Assembly (NCBI GenBank): GCA_965116495.1
Contig: OZ220696.1
Span: 2,144,001 to 2,208,000, forward strand
From: Gammaproteobacteria bacterium
GTDB lineage: Bacteria > Pseudomonadota > Gammaproteobacteria > Eutrophobiales > Eutrophobiaceae
Direction: 5' to 3'
DNA: 64,000 bases
Position 1 is the stretch's first letter. The number at the start of each line of letters is the position of its first letter. This document shows positions 21,644 through 32,463 of the stretch, in pieces. The translations under genes were made by a program, and so were the position numbers. The notes under the pieces were generated by a model, which did not search any database, was not told where the DNA came from, and saw only the letters and a list, made by a program, of their open reading frames with translations.

Positions 21644-22432
21644 ATGTCAGAGTTAACCGAAGCGGCAACGGCAATCACACAGGAAGCGGCGGAAAAAATC
21701 CTGGCAGTCTATGCGACTGACTTCGAGGTTCGGAATAAAACCGACAGATCCCCCCTCACCAGGGCGGACATGGCCTCCCATGACGTGATCTGCAGCAGGC
21801 TCGCGCGGCTGACTCCGGATATACCGGTGTTGTCCGAGGAATCTGCACATATCCCTTTCTCTACCAGGAAGACCTGGGATCAATACTGGCTGGTGGACCC
21901 CCTTGACGGTACCCGCGAGTTCATTAAACGTAACGGCGAGTTCACCGTGAATATCGCCCTGATCCGGGATAATTATCCTGTCCTGGGCGTCATATATGCA
22001 CCGGTCAAGGGCCTTTGTTATTACGCAGCCAGAAACGAGGGCGCCTACAGGCTGGGCAACGGCGCTGCGGACCTCAGACTCAGGACAAAGACCAGCCGGG
22101 CCGACTCCCTGGTCATCGCCGGCAGCCGTTCCCACGGCAACGACCGCCAGCAGGCATTCATCAGGAAGATGGGAGACCGGGTTGAAACCATAGCAATCGG
22201 CAGTTCGCTGAAATTCTGCCTGGTGGCCGATGGAAGCGCCGACATATACGCACGCTTCGGCCCCACCTCGGAATGGGACAGCGCCGCCGGCCAGTGCATC
22301 GTCGAGGAGGCGGGCGGCAGGGTGACGGACACCGGTTTCAGCCGCCTGCGCTACAATGCAAAGGACTCCTTGATCAACCCGGATTTCGTAGTGTTTGCTG
22401 ACCCGGGGTTCGGCTGGGAACGACGTTTGTGA
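21644..22432 (+). CDS. cysQ: 3'(2'),5'-bisphosphate nucleotidase CysQ
   Basis: SPLTRAD, WLVDPLDGTREF, GSSLKFC, TSEWDSAAG. Confidence 0.93.
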   Translation: MSELTEAATAITQEAAEKILAVYATDFEVRNKTDRSPLTRADMASHDVICSRLARLTPDIPVLSEESAHIPFSTRKTWDQYWLVDPLDGTREFIKRNGEFTVNIALIRDNYPVLGVIYAPVKGLCYYAARNEGAYRLGNGAADLRLRTKTSRADSLVIAGSRSHGNDRQQAFIRKMGDRVETIAIGSSLKFCLVADGSADIYARFGPTSEWDSAAGQCIVEEAGGRVTDTGFSRLRYNAKDSLINPDFVVFADPGFGWERRL

Positions 22433-22448
22433 ACATGCATCAAGTAAT

Positions 22449-22892
22449 GTGAAAACGGCGCTCATCATATCGGCCTGCCTGGCTGCCGGGCTCGGAGGTT
22501 TCCTGGCCGGTGATTACCTCGGCCTGTGGAAGCGTACTCAAGTCAGCCGGCTGGAGATCATTCCCATCCGCTTCCAGGCCGTCGACGCCGTCACTGGTGA
22601 GTCCGTCGAAAATTTCCACGTACGGTGCAGCGCCCCGGGCAGCTTTAACCTGTGCCTGCCGGTCGCCGGCGCCGGCACAGCGGGCGTGAAGACCTACAGG
22701 ATCGCCGGGCGGCGTAACTTTGAGACCGGCCTGCTATTCAACCACGACAGGGGACTGGTCCAGGAAGGACCCGAATCCATACAGATATGGGTTATCCACC
22801 CGAACTACCGAACCCACAGCCAGGCATCAAGCTATGCGGAACTGGTATCAGTGGGCAGCGGCACGAAGAAAATCATTATGACCCGAAGGTGA
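22449..22892 (+). CDS. Hypothetical membrane-anchored protein
   Basis: ORF with N-terminal hydrophobic helix, co-oriented after cysQ. Confidence 0.55.
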   Translation: MKTALIISACLAAGLGGFLAGDYLGLWKRTQVSRLEIIPIRFQAVDAVTGESVENFHVRCSAPGSFNLCLPVAGAGTAGVKTYRIAGRRNFETGLLFNHDRGLVQEGPESIQIWVIHPNYRTHSQASSYAELVSVGSGTKKIIMTRR

Positions 22893-22926
22893 TGCAGGAA
22901 AACAGGTGACTCACCGGCGTTGTGAA

Positions 22927-23144
22927 CTAAATAACTGTTCCTAACCCTCGTTCACTTTCAAGGATGAACAGAGATGACATTCAATGCCAGGCGCAGGCTT
23001 TGGCGTCATACTGGCGGATGCCAGTATCCAGAGAGCTTATTATGAACGCACTGCTTAACTGGATGCTGGCATTCGCCAGCATGACGGATTGTCGTTTTTT
23101 TTGTTCATAACGAAACTGTAGCAGGGTTAGGAACAGTTATTTAG
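22927..23144. mobile_element. MITE with perfect 22-bp terminal inverted repeats enclosing a REP-like doublet
   Basis: ctaaataactgttcctaaccct (22927-22948) / agggttaggaacagttatttag (23123-23144). Confidence 0.8.
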
Positions 23145-23216
23145 TCAGGAAAGCCGGTGGGTGTTGGTCTACAATGTAAGTTCATAGTAACAGCCACTAC
23201 TTATGGGGGCGGATCA

Positions 23217-23627
23217 ATGAGCACAAATCATGGGCGTTGCGATTGCGGAGACATCGAGTATGAATTTGATGATGAGCCCGTAAATACCGTCTTCTGTTAT
23301 TGCAGAACTTGCCAGTTACATACGAATTCCGACAAGTGGTTCGGTGTATGGGTGCCGTTCGACAGGTTCAGATTGGTAAAGGGCGCCCCGTCAAGCTTCA
23401 CGGCGCTGGGCGATTCAGGGAGTGAGACACACCGTCTGTTTTGTGGTAGTTGCTCGACAGTTCTAGGTCTCAAGTGTGACGGTTTTGACTTATACTCGTT
23501 ATCGGCCAGCACGATTGGCGGTGGAGACAGGTTAAGGCCGAAAATGCTCATCTACACCAAATTTGCTCCCGCCTGGGCCACTTTCCCTGAAGGATTACCA
23601 AAATACGATATCCTTCCTCCAGGTTAA
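23217..23627 (+). CDS. GFA (glutathione-dependent formaldehyde-activating) family protein
   Basis: GRCDCG, CYCRTCQ, RLFCGSCST zinc ligands. Confidence 0.85.
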   Translation: MSTNHGRCDCGDIEYEFDDEPVNTVFCYCRTCQLHTNSDKWFGVWVPFDRFRLVKGAPSSFTALGDSGSETHRLFCGSCSTVLGLKCDGFDLYSLSASTIGGGDRLRPKMLIYTKFAPAWATFPEGLPKYDILPPG

Positions 23628-23633
23628 CCCGGG

Positions 23634-23909
23634 CTAGAAATCCCCCCGGAGCATCAGAATACCTGTCAGGTAATTTTCGAAGTCGTCTGCAATTGCGTGT
23701 TGATAGGTAACCATGGGTGTCAGGGTGAAGCGGCCTGCCGGTACTGTCATCGACAGGCTCAGGTCGAAATGGCTTATGTTGGATCCGATACGATAGTAAT
23801 TATCGTTGTATACGATATTACCTGAACCTGTGAAACTAACTGCGCTGAACAGCTGCTCTACTGTCTGGGCGTTGACTGCACTCATGACAGCCAGCAGACC
23901 GGCTGACAT
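23634..23909 (-). pseudogene. Probable internally deleted outer-membrane beta-barrel remnant
   Basis: Signal peptide joined to a few alternating beta-strand segments ending in C-terminal Phe; too short for a barrel. Confidence 0.35.
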
Positions 23910-23954
23910 CAACAATCCGCGTGGTTGCACGGTTACTCCATCACATGGAAATTC

Positions 23955-25469
23955 CTACATAGTCTTCCAGTCACCAATCCTTTCAAATGCAGCCGCGGCT
24001 GTTAACACGGTGGCTTCGTCGAAATGCCGTCCCACCAGCATCATGCCCACCGGCAAACCATCGGCCATGCCGCAGGGCACATTCATGGCCGGATGATGGG
24101 TGACATCTGTCGGGCAGGTGTTGCCCAACATCTCGAAAGCCCTGCCAATGTACTCAATTGGCGCAGCATCGGCCGACCCAAGCGGTTGCGCCCGCATGGC
24201 GGTGGTAGGCATGACGATGAGATCGACATCAGCCAGCGCCTCATCGTATTTGGCGCGCAGTACATTCCCCAGGTTCTGGGCCCTGGCATAGTAGACGCCG
24301 GGTTGCTGTCTTAGTATGTATTCACCGGCCAGCATGACTAACTTGGTGGTTTTGGATAATTCATCCACCCGCTCACGCCATTGCCTGCCGTAGTACTCCG
24401 CCAGGCTCGACAGGTAGTGGCCGTTCCAGCTGGTGCCCTGCGATCCGGCTTTCATCATCAGGGTGGCGCCTTCAAAACCGATGCCGTTCCAGATATGCGG
24501 CCCATCCAGGTGCATGGGGATGGATATCTCCTGTGTAATGGCGCCTAGCGCTTCAAGTTTCGCTACGGCTTCACACACTTTGGCATCGACGACGGCCTCA
24601 CTTTCCGGCCGCGCGAAACCTTCTTTCAACACGCCGACCCTGAGACCTTCCATTCCCCGATCAAGGGCCGCCGTGTAATCCTGCTTCACCACGTTTACCT
24701 GGCGCGGATCATGACCGTCTTCTCCTGCGATCACGGAAAGCAGCAATGCAACATCCTCGACCGTGCCTGCCATCGGGCCGCAGTGATCCAGTGTCAATTC
24801 GATCGGGAAGACACCGGTATAGGGGACCAGGCCATGGGTAGGTTTGAGGCCGTAAACACCCGTCCAGGATGCCGGCATACGTATGGAACCCCCCTGGTCG
24901 CCGCCGAGCGCCATGTCCACCGCACCGATAGATACCAGGACAGCACTGCCACTGGATGATCCGCCGGCTGCACGTTGCGGGTCATGGGGATTGGTTACGG
25001 GATGAGGCATAGAAGTAAAACTGGACCCGGACAGGCAAAGATCCTCACAGGTTGCCTTGCCCAGGATGGTACCGCCCGCATCGAGAATACGGGTAACGAC
25101 TGTGGCATCATTGTCAGGTATGTAGCCTTCCACGGAGCGGGAACCATTCATCATCGGCACACCCGCAATACAAACGTTGTCTTTAATCGCAATTGATTTT
25201 CCTTGCAACGGCCCTTCTGCCGAACCCTCGATCGTGGTCTTCCAATACCAGGCGTTGTGCGGGTTGTCCTGCGGGTCGGCTGCATGGCCCTTGTCCCGTT
25301 TATAATCGCTGACCAATACAGGCGCTTCCAGTTCATCGATCCTGTCGAAGGAAGCCAAAGTCTCTGTCAATAATTGTTGATACTCTCCCAACTCCGAATC
25401 ACTGATGCTCATCCCATAGGATTCAGCTATATCAACCATGTCTTGTTTACTGGGTCGTTTAACGGTCAT
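23955..25469 (-). CDS. Amidase-signature family amidase
   Basis: IKDN, GGSSSGS, GGDQGGSIRMP. Confidence 0.92.
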   Translation of the reverse strand: MTVKRPSKQDMVDIAESYGMSISDSELGEYQQLLTETLASFDRIDELEAPVLVSDYKRDKGHAADPQDNPHNAWYWKTTIEGSAEGPLQGKSIAIKDNVCIAGVPMMNGSRSVEGYIPDNDATVVTRILDAGGTILGKATCEDLCLSGSSFTSMPHPVTNPHDPQRAAGGSSSGSAVLVSIGAVDMALGGDQGGSIRMPASWTGVYGLKPTHGLVPYTGVFPIELTLDHCGPMAGTVEDVALLLSVIAGEDGHDPRQVNVVKQDYTAALDRGMEGLRVGVLKEGFARPESEAVVDAKVCEAVAKLEALGAITQEISIPMHLDGPHIWNGIGFEGATLMMKAGSQGTSWNGHYLSSLAEYYGRQWRERVDELSKTTKLVMLAGEYILRQQPGVYYARAQNLGNVLRAKYDEALADVDLIVMPTTAMRAQPLGSADAAPIEYIGRAFEMLGNTCPTDVTHHPAMNVPCGMADGLPVGMMLVGRHFDEATVLTAAAAFERIGDWKTM

Positions 25470-25575
25470 GTTTGCACCTGATGTTATTTCGTGAATTGTT
25501 TCATGTTGTAATAGTGGTGACGCAACACATCAATATCGAAACCCCAGTCTTCAATTCTGTCCAGGTTATTATAGA

Positions 25576-26331
25576 TCATTGCGCGTCACGCCCCTTGAAA
25601 GGCACAAACTGTGCCCCTCCATAGGTTTGCTCCGTAGGCACTATCTCCATCTGACTGACATTCACCCGCCAGGGTACGTCTACGCAGTAGACGACTGCAT
25701 CGGCGATGTCTGTTGCGAGCAAGTCTTCGCAGTGGGTCTCGGTGATTTTTTGCCGTTGTTCGTCGTCGTCGACCGCCACGTTGTAGAACTCGCTCACCAC
25801 CCTCCCGGGGTTGATCTCGGTGACACGTATGCCGGTACCCTGCAACTCCTGGCGCAGGTCGCGACATAACTTGTGCATAGCCCCTTTAGTGGCGCCATAC
25901 AGGGCCATCGGCAACGGGTATAACGCCGTTACCGAACTCATGTTCACGATATGTCCCCGGCCCCGTTCAATCATGCCCGGTAAAACCGCCTTGATCATGA
26001 TGAGGGATGCAGTGACGTTGGTGTCCACTGTGATTTCGATGTCCTCGACCTCGGCTTTCCACATTGAACCGAGCGCGCGGCCAAGACCTGCGTTATTCAC
26101 CAGGATATCGACCGGTTGTTCCTTACCGAAGGCCATAACGGCCGCACGATCACGTACGTCGAGTTGTACGGGTATGCAGCCGGTGTCCCCGGCCAGCTTC
26201 TGAAGTCGATCAAGTCTTCGTGCTGCGGCAAACACCGTGACACCTCTGGCTCGAAGTGCACGCGCGGTGGCTTCACCGATCCCGCTCGAGGCCCCCGTTA
26301 CCAGTGCCTTTGTATTCCGGTCAAGTGGCAT
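25576..26331 (-). CDS. Short-chain dehydrogenase/reductase (YdfG-like)
   Basis: TGASSGIG, NNAG, YGATK. Confidence 0.9.
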   Translation of the reverse strand: MPLDRNTKALVTGASSGIGEATARALRARGVTVFAAARRLDRLQKLAGDTGCIPVQLDVRDRAAVMAFGKEQPVDILVNNAGLGRALGSMWKAEVEDIEITVDTNVTASLIMIKAVLPGMIERGRGHIVNMSSVTALYPLPMALYGATKGAMHKLCRDLRQELQGTGIRVTEINPGRVVSEFYNVAVDDDEQRQKITETHCEDLLATDIADAVVYCVDVPWRVNVSQMEIVPTEQTYGGAQFVPFKGRDAQ

Positions 26332-26577
26332 GATTCATACTCCATATACATAGTATCTGTTTTTCAACATCTCTGTTTGTGCCTGTCACTGCCAAGAAAT
26401 TTACGGAATATCATTAACCAACCCATATTGTTTTATCCTCTTTTTGGAATACGGCGCAGCAAGTTTTCCGGGTAACGTAGTTTCATTATACGACCATTTC
26501 ATCTACAACAGATGTTAAGTCAGGATTATCGGTACTAATTTTGGACACCCATGAATTGGCGATAGCAGCTAATTCAG

Positions 26578-26618
26578 TATGTGACCATTTTATTGATTGT
26601 CGAAAAAATGGTCACATA
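26578..26618. promoter_or_regulatory. Perfect 14-bp inverted repeat with 13-bp spacer (operator-like)
   Basis: tatgtgaccatttt-N13-aaaatggtcacata; related motifs at 48494 and 48545. Confidence 0.55.
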
Positions 26619-26728
26619 TTTGTAGCCGCTGAAAGAAGTCATCGATGTAAACCTGACCGATTGCATCTACAATTGACTCAAGCCGAAAACCTCTAGTACT
26701 CTTTCAACTATAAGGGCTAAATTGACGG

Positions 26729-27730
26729 ATGAATACAAAAATCAGCATGATGACCCCCGGCACATATCCTATGCGGGATTACGTTCCGCTGGCACAACAA
26801 ATCGAGAATTATGGTTTTGATGAGCTACATGTAGCCGATGATTTGATCATGAAACCAGCCTGGCCAATCCTGACTCTGATAGGCCAGCACACAAATCGTA
26901 TCAATTTGGGTCCTGCTATCGTTACCCCGATGATCGCCCATCCGGTTTACCATGCGGCGAATCTGGTCGCCCTGGATGAACTTACTGGTGGCCGCGCTAT
27001 TTGTGGTGTAGGGAGAGGAGGTCTAAATCCTATGGTTGGCCTGAAAAAACCCAAAAGCACCATCAATATGTTACGCGAGACAGTACAGTTAATGCGTAAG
27101 GTAATCGCACGGGATACCAGCCCTTTTGCAGGTGAGTATTTCCACGCAACTCCTGAACTGCTATTTCATCATGAACCGGTACGTGACGATATTCCGATAT
27201 TTATCGGAAGCTGGGGGCCGAAGGTGTCCCAGTTGGGCGGTGAAGTGGCGATTGGGACGAAAGCGGATTGTGTCGCCGATCCTGCTTATCTAAGGAAGCT
27301 TCGGGATAATGTCAGAATCGGTGCAGAGCGTGCCGGCAGAGACCCGGACGAGACAGAAATGATTGTGGGACCTCTATGTTCAATATCAACGGATCGTGCC
27401 GCCGCCACCAGAAACATGAAAGAATTGCTTGCCATTTATCTACCCTTCCTCAGCCCAACGAAAGAGGAAGTAGGCATTGATGAAGAAGCGATTAAAAAGG
27501 CCAATGCGGCGTATCTTGCCGGCGAACACGAGAAGGCGGCATCTTTTGTTCCTGATGAAGCGGTAAAGAGTTTCTCTCTCACAGGTACACCGGAAGACGT
27601 CATTCCGCAGATAGAAGCACTAATCGAGGCGGGCGCCACAAATGTTGCTTTCGGTCCGCCTCACGGTCCCGATGCGATGGAAGCGATTAAACTTCTCGGA
27701 GAAGAGGTCTTGCCCAATATTCAAAGATAA
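26729..27730 (+). CDS. LLM-class flavin/F420-dependent oxidoreductase (Mer-like)
   Basis: LGPAIVTP, LDELTGGRAICGVGRG, GTPEDV. Confidence 0.85.
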   Translation: MNTKISMMTPGTYPMRDYVPLAQQIENYGFDELHVADDLIMKPAWPILTLIGQHTNRINLGPAIVTPMIAHPVYHAANLVALDELTGGRAICGVGRGGLNPMVGLKKPKSTINMLRETVQLMRKVIARDTSPFAGEYFHATPELLFHHEPVRDDIPIFIGSWGPKVSQLGGEVAIGTKADCVADPAYLRKLRDNVRIGAERAGRDPDETEMIVGPLCSISTDRAAATRNMKELLAIYLPFLSPTKEEVGIDEEAIKKANAAYLAGEHEKAASFVPDEAVKSFSLTGTPEDVIPQIEALIEAGATNVAFGPPHGPDAMEAIKLLGEEVLPNIQR

Positions 27731-27764
27731 ACGACGATATGAGGCATTTACAGGAGGATTAATC

Positions 27765-28196
27765 ATGACCAACGATAACGAAAAACTACTCGCCGAGTAC
27801 CCGGCTGCCTGGTCAGCTCATGACATAGAAAAAATCCAGACATTTTTTACTGACGATTGTGTTTACTCTGATCCGACCCTGGGTGTAGAAAAACATGGTA
27901 AAGCGGGCTTGCTGGAATTTATAGGGGAGGTACTGAGCATGCAACCTGATTTTCATCTTGAGTATTCAGAATATTTCGCGACCGAAACCCATGGTGCTTC
28001 AGTATGGACCATTACCAATACCTGGAATGGAGAATTTCATGGCGTTGATGTGACAGGTAAAAAGGTCAGCTTTACCGGTACCACTATATTTGAATTCAAA
28101 AACGGAAAAATCAGCAAAAATACAGATTACTGGGATCTCTCCCCATTGATGTTGCAACTGGGAGTGTTAAAAACTGAGCTTAGAGCTTGCAAGTAA
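27765..28196 (+). CDS. SnoaL-like/ester cyclase (NTF2 fold) protein
   Basis: AWSAHD..FTDDCVYSD..TGKKVSFTG..GKISKNTDYWD; AGGAGG RBS. Confidence 0.85.
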   Translation: MTNDNEKLLAEYPAAWSAHDIEKIQTFFTDDCVYSDPTLGVEKHGKAGLLEFIGEVLSMQPDFHLEYSEYFATETHGASVWTITNTWNGEFHGVDVTGKKVSFTGTTIFEFKNGKISKNTDYWDLSPLMLQLGVLKTELRACK

Positions 28197-28243
28197 CCTG
28201 TATTATTTTTCGCTGACAAGCGGATTTTTCGCTTGACCAAATA

Positions 28244-28954
28244 TTGAGGAGCAACTGTGTGAAAATAACATTACCCCTGCTTCTTTTATTACTGGGTTTG
28301 CAATCATTTGTTTATGCAGAATCCGGCAATACCAGGATCTTATCCGGTTTATGGGAATATGAGGAGATTTCACACAGTGGTGATGCGGCGTTGCCTAACA
28401 AGGGATTATTCTTATTTTACGATGGGCGATTTTTTCAACAAACGATCGATGATGATATGGGACAAGCCCATACGGGCAGCTACAAAATAGTTGGTGATAT
28501 TGTTTCCTTTGATGTTGAGATGGGCGTATTGGTCAGGGAAAACTCCGAACCCCCACTGGCTGTAAGGCAGAACGCTGAAAACCAGGCAAAAATCAGTGTC
28601 AAAGGTGACCTGCTCATCCTGGGGTTTGAAGAAAACACCGTACAAACTTTGACAAAGCTTGCTCACGTGGAAAATGCAAAAATATATCCCCTGATCGGTG
28701 GATACTTGGTGTTTACGGACAACAATTTTATCTATATGAGTCTGCAAGACGATAATTTTGCAGCTGGTTCAGGTAAATATTTGAAGGCAGGCAATAGTTT
28801 GTCCTTATATGCAAATCCCTGGATATCCGTATCGGGCAGACGGGTAACTTATTCTCACAATGAAGATATTAATTTGAATTTGGAACAGAAAGTTTTTCGT
28901 TTCTCTGACGGGAGAAAATTCGACCTGAATGTGTCAGCAGGAGAGGCCGAATAG
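28244..28954 (+). CDS. Hypothetical secreted beta-rich (lipocalin-like) protein
   Basis: Signal peptide; LSGLWEY motif. Confidence 0.5.
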   Translation: MRSNCVKITLPLLLLLLGLQSFVYAESGNTRILSGLWEYEEISHSGDAALPNKGLFLFYDGRFFQQTIDDDMGQAHTGSYKIVGDIVSFDVEMGVLVRENSEPPLAVRQNAENQAKISVKGDLLILGFEENTVQTLTKLAHVENAKIYPLIGGYLVFTDNNFIYMSLQDDNFAAGSGKYLKAGNSLSLYANPWISVSGRRVTYSHNEDINLNLEQKVFRFSDGRKFDLNVSAGEAE

Positions 28955-31026
28955 TGATGGCTCCGGAACAACGCCGGCAGCATTGCTGCCTTCTCTCTAT
29001 TGTATTAGTCCTGGCCGTATTCTGTGGCAGTACTGCAGTCTATGGGGAGATTGTGGATTTTTCAGTGACGAGTGTCGAAACCGCTTTTGGCGGAAAGACG
29101 TTCGGAAAATCGGGGCGGTACCTGAGAGTAGAGGGTGTCGCGACCGGCTTGCTTGATCCCTCTGACCCGCGCAATACCGTCATAGTTGACCTGGACAAAG
29201 CGCCTGTCGATCACAATGGTCTGGTCAAATACAAGGTGGATGTTGTCATTATGAGGCCGGAGCAGGGTGGTAACGGTTCGCTGGTCTATTCAGTGACCAA
29301 CCGCAGCCGTTTTCTGGACCTTTATTTTTTCAACTGGAACCCGGAATACCGTATTGCTTCCAATCAACTGGCTGTTGAAGACGCCGGCGATGGCCTGGTG
29401 ATGCAAGAGGGTTTTACGTTCGTCTGGAGTGCCTGGGACGGCGGTATTCAGCCGGGTGATGGGATTCTTGTGGCAGACTTTCCTGTCGCATTGGCAGATG
29501 GCAAACCTCTCGAAGGTATGAACCTTGTTGAATTTTCCGATACCGGGACAGACGCTGTTTTTACAGCGAAGCTGTCGCACCCTGTCGCCGATCAGCATAC
29601 CAGCCGGGCGACACTGACGGTACGTCAGTTTGAAGCAGATGCCAGGGATATACCGGGGGATTTGTACTTCTCCTATGAAAACGATGAAACCTTGAAAATT
29701 AACCGGCCTGCGGGTTTTGATTCCGGCGCAATTTATGAATTTATTTATCCTGCGTTCGACATTACCAGGATAAAAGGGAGTGACGGTACGGTCATAGACG
29801 AGAACGGTATCTTCGGTATTGGTTTTGCCGGCATAAGAGACCTGGTTTCCTTCCTGCGTCATGATGAAACTCAAAAGAACCCGGTGAGTGAAGCGGGGAT
29901 AAACCGGGCATTGATTTTTGGTTACTCACAATCCGGCAGGATGATAAAGGATTTTATTTATGAAGGTTTCAATGAAGATGAAAAGGGCCGGATTGTATTT
30001 GAAGGAGCCATGCCCTCTGCATCGGGCGCGGCCAGGAGTTATATTAACTGGCGTTTTGCCAAACCCGGAAACTATACAACTCAACATCGCTGGCACCTGC
30101 AACCGGGTGACCAGTTTCCTTTTACCTATGGCGTCATCCATGATCCGGTTACCGGCAAATCAGACGGTATCCTCAACAGGTGCAGCATAAGTGAAACATG
30201 CCCGAAAATCATGCATGTGGATACAGGCACGGAAATCAGGGGTAGGCGAGCGTCACTGGTCGTCACAGATCCGCTGGGCCAGGACGACCTTGTTTTGCCG
30301 GATAATGTCCGTGTTTACTGGCTGGCCTCATCGACGCACATCCCTTTCAACTTCAGGGATCTCAGCACTGCTTCGACACGGCGCCCGGGACAGCACGGGG
30401 TCGAAGTCAAGAACCTTACCAGCCCGGTGGATATCCGCCCGGTGCAGAGAGCCTTGTTCCTGGCACTTGATCACTGGATTGCGGCCGGCAGGCGCCCCCC
30501 TGAATCCAGTTACGGAAAGATCAGCGACAACACCCTGGCGCCGATGAGTCATATCGTCGAGGGTTTTCCATCACCTGTCCCCGGTTTCACCTTCACCGCA
30601 AACTATAATGCAATTCGGCAAACCGATTATGTCCTGGGCGATGATCCGTTAAACCCTTACAGGCTGGGAAAGAGTTATAAGGTGTTATTTTCTGCAATTG
30701 ACGAGATCGGTAATGAAATCCCCGGTATCCAGTTGCCGAGAGTGGCCAATCCAATCGGTACCTACACCGGTTGGAACCCGAGGGCAACCGGGCACGCAGA
30801 GAATGATCTCGCCGAATCCTTTGGTTCATGGGCCCCCTTGTCGGATACCAGAGAGTCACGTCTGGAGACGGGCGATCCACGGCTTTCACTGGAGGAACGC
30901 TATGGAGGCCATGCCGAATGGGTGGCCGGGGTGAAGCACAGTGCAGATGAACTTGTCAGAAAAGGCTATCTGTTGCCACGCGACAGGGATACTATTATTG
31001 CGCAGGCTGTACAGCAGGAGTTTTAA
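28954..31026 (+). CDS. Secreted alpha/beta-hydrolase-domain protein
   Basis: Signal peptide; GYSQSG nucleophile elbow; GIGFAGIRD; DPRLSLEERY. Confidence 0.8.
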   Translation: MMAPEQRRQHCCLLSIVLVLAVFCGSTAVYGEIVDFSVTSVETAFGGKTFGKSGRYLRVEGVATGLLDPSDPRNTVIVDLDKAPVDHNGLVKYKVDVVIMRPEQGGNGSLVYSVTNRSRFLDLYFFNWNPEYRIASNQLAVEDAGDGLVMQEGFTFVWSAWDGGIQPGDGILVADFPVALADGKPLEGMNLVEFSDTGTDAVFTAKLSHPVADQHTSRATLTVRQFEADARDIPGDLYFSYENDETLKINRPAGFDSGAIYEFIYPAFDITRIKGSDGTVIDENGIFGIGFAGIRDLVSFLRHDETQKNPVSEAGINRALIFGYSQSGRMIKDFIYEGFNEDEKGRIVFEGAMPSASGAARSYINWRFAKPGNYTTQHRWHLQPGDQFPFTYGVIHDPVTGKSDGILNRCSISETCPKIMHVDTGTEIRGRRASLVVTDPLGQDDLVLPDNVRVYWLASSTHIPFNFRDLSTASTRRPGQHGVEVKNLTSPVDIRPVQRALFLALDHWIAAGRRPPESSYGKISDNTLAPMSHIVEGFPSPVPGFTFTANYNAIRQTDYVLGDDPLNPYRLGKSYKVLFSAIDEIGNEIPGIQLPRVANPIGTYTGWNPRATGHAENDLAESFGSWAPLSDTRESRLETGDPRLSLEERYGGHAEWVAGVKHSADELVRKGYLLPRDRDTIIAQAVQQEF

Positions 31027-31091
31027 ACTGTCAAGGCGATATAATTCTATTCTTCTCTGCACAAAATGTTTGATAAAAATCGAGGTTAGGA

Positions 31092-31235
31092 ATGGAGTGG
31101 GATCGTGTTAAAAATGCCCTTTACAGAATGACTGCCTTTATTTTTGGTTTCACTCTCCTTTTTGCTGGTTCCATAGTTAGCGCCGCGTCAGAAAGACCCA
31201 ATATTGTTTTTATGATGACTGATAACTTTGGATAT
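31092..31235 (+). pseudogene. N-terminal remnant of an arylsulfatase
   Basis: Signal peptide then ERPNIVFMMTDNFGY, similarity ending abruptly at the next gene. Confidence 0.6.
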
Positions 31236-31263
31236 TGTCACTGGATTGGTGTTGTTAACGGCA

Positions 31264-32415
31264 ATGGCAAATACACACAATAACCGTAACAGAGCCCGTG
31301 ATCTTGGATTGCCTTTTAAAGGAGAAACAGGTAGCTGGAATTCCATTACCGATATCAGCGGCGTAGAGGTTGGATACACAACTCTTATTGAAGGTGAAGG
31401 TGAAGGTGAAGTGATAGTCGGGGAGGGGCCGATACGGACTGGAGTAACAGCCATTTTGCCGCGTGGGAAACAGAAAGAACCAGGTATTGTTTGGGCCGGA
31501 CAATACAATCTCAATGGCAATGGGGAGATGACAGGCACTCACTGGATAAATGAAGCTGGATATTTTGTAGGGCCAATTTGCATCACCAATACCCATTCGG
31601 TAGGAATGGTCCATCACGCCACGGTTGGCTGGATGATTGAACAATATCAGAGTTATCTTGTTGAGGGTCATGCATGGCCCATGCCGGTAGTAGCAGAAAC
31701 ATATGATGGAATGCTTAATGATGCGTGTGGTCGCCACATAAAGGAAGTCCATGTACTAAACGCCCTGAATTCCGCGCAGAACGGTCCTGTTGAAGAGGGA
31801 AATGTCGGTGGAGGAACGGGCATGATGTCCTACGAGTTCAAAGGTGGAACGGGCACCTCCTCACGCAAGATACAGATAGCAGAAAAGGATTATATTGTTG
31901 CGAGTCTTGTACAGTCTAATTTCGGCCTCAGAGATGAGTTAAATGTTCTTGGCGTACCTGTAGGCGAGCATATTACGCAAAACGCTTTTGTTTCAGAATT
32001 GATTGGCCATGAACAGGGGTCAATTATTGTAATTCTAGGCACCGATCTGCCGATGTTGCCTATACAACTTCATCGGATGGCCAAACGGGCTGCTATTGGA
32101 CTGGGGCGAACCGGAACCTGTGGTGGCCAGTATTCCGGTGATATTTTTCTTGCTTTCTCTACCGCAAACGAACTGCGTTTCCCGGGGATGCAGGATATGC
32201 AGCCGGGCGAATATAATATAGATTTTATCAATAATCATCATCTTGATATCGTATTTGAAGCAGCAGTGCAGTCAATTGAAGAGGCAATCATCAACGCAAT
32301 GATAGCTGCAAAATCAATGACGACGGTAAAACCGCCAGGATACACACTTGATGCAATTGACCATGATATTTTAAAAGATATCATGGGCAAGTACGGCCGG
32401 CTGGATAGATTGTAA
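31264..32415 (+). CDS. P1/S58 family peptidase (DmpA-like aminopeptidase/amidase)
   Basis: NSITDISGVEVG, NGNGEMTG, GNVGGGTGM, G-S autocleavage site QGSIIV. Confidence 0.9.
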   Translation: MANTHNNRNRARDLGLPFKGETGSWNSITDISGVEVGYTTLIEGEGEGEVIVGEGPIRTGVTAILPRGKQKEPGIVWAGQYNLNGNGEMTGTHWINEAGYFVGPICITNTHSVGMVHHATVGWMIEQYQSYLVEGHAWPMPVVAETYDGMLNDACGRHIKEVHVLNALNSAQNGPVEEGNVGGGTGMMSYEFKGGTGTSSRKIQIAEKDYIVASLVQSNFGLRDELNVLGVPVGEHITQNAFVSELIGHEQGSIIVILGTDLPMLPIQLHRMAKRAAIGLGRTGTCGGQYSGDIFLAFSTANELRFPGMQDMQPGEYNIDFINNHHLDIVFEAAVQSIEEAIINAMIAAKSMTTVKPPGYTLDAIDHDILKDIMGKYGRLDRL

Positions 32416-32463
32416 GGATGTCACCCAAGGCACATCTGAGTTATCAGGAATATTCCTGACATG

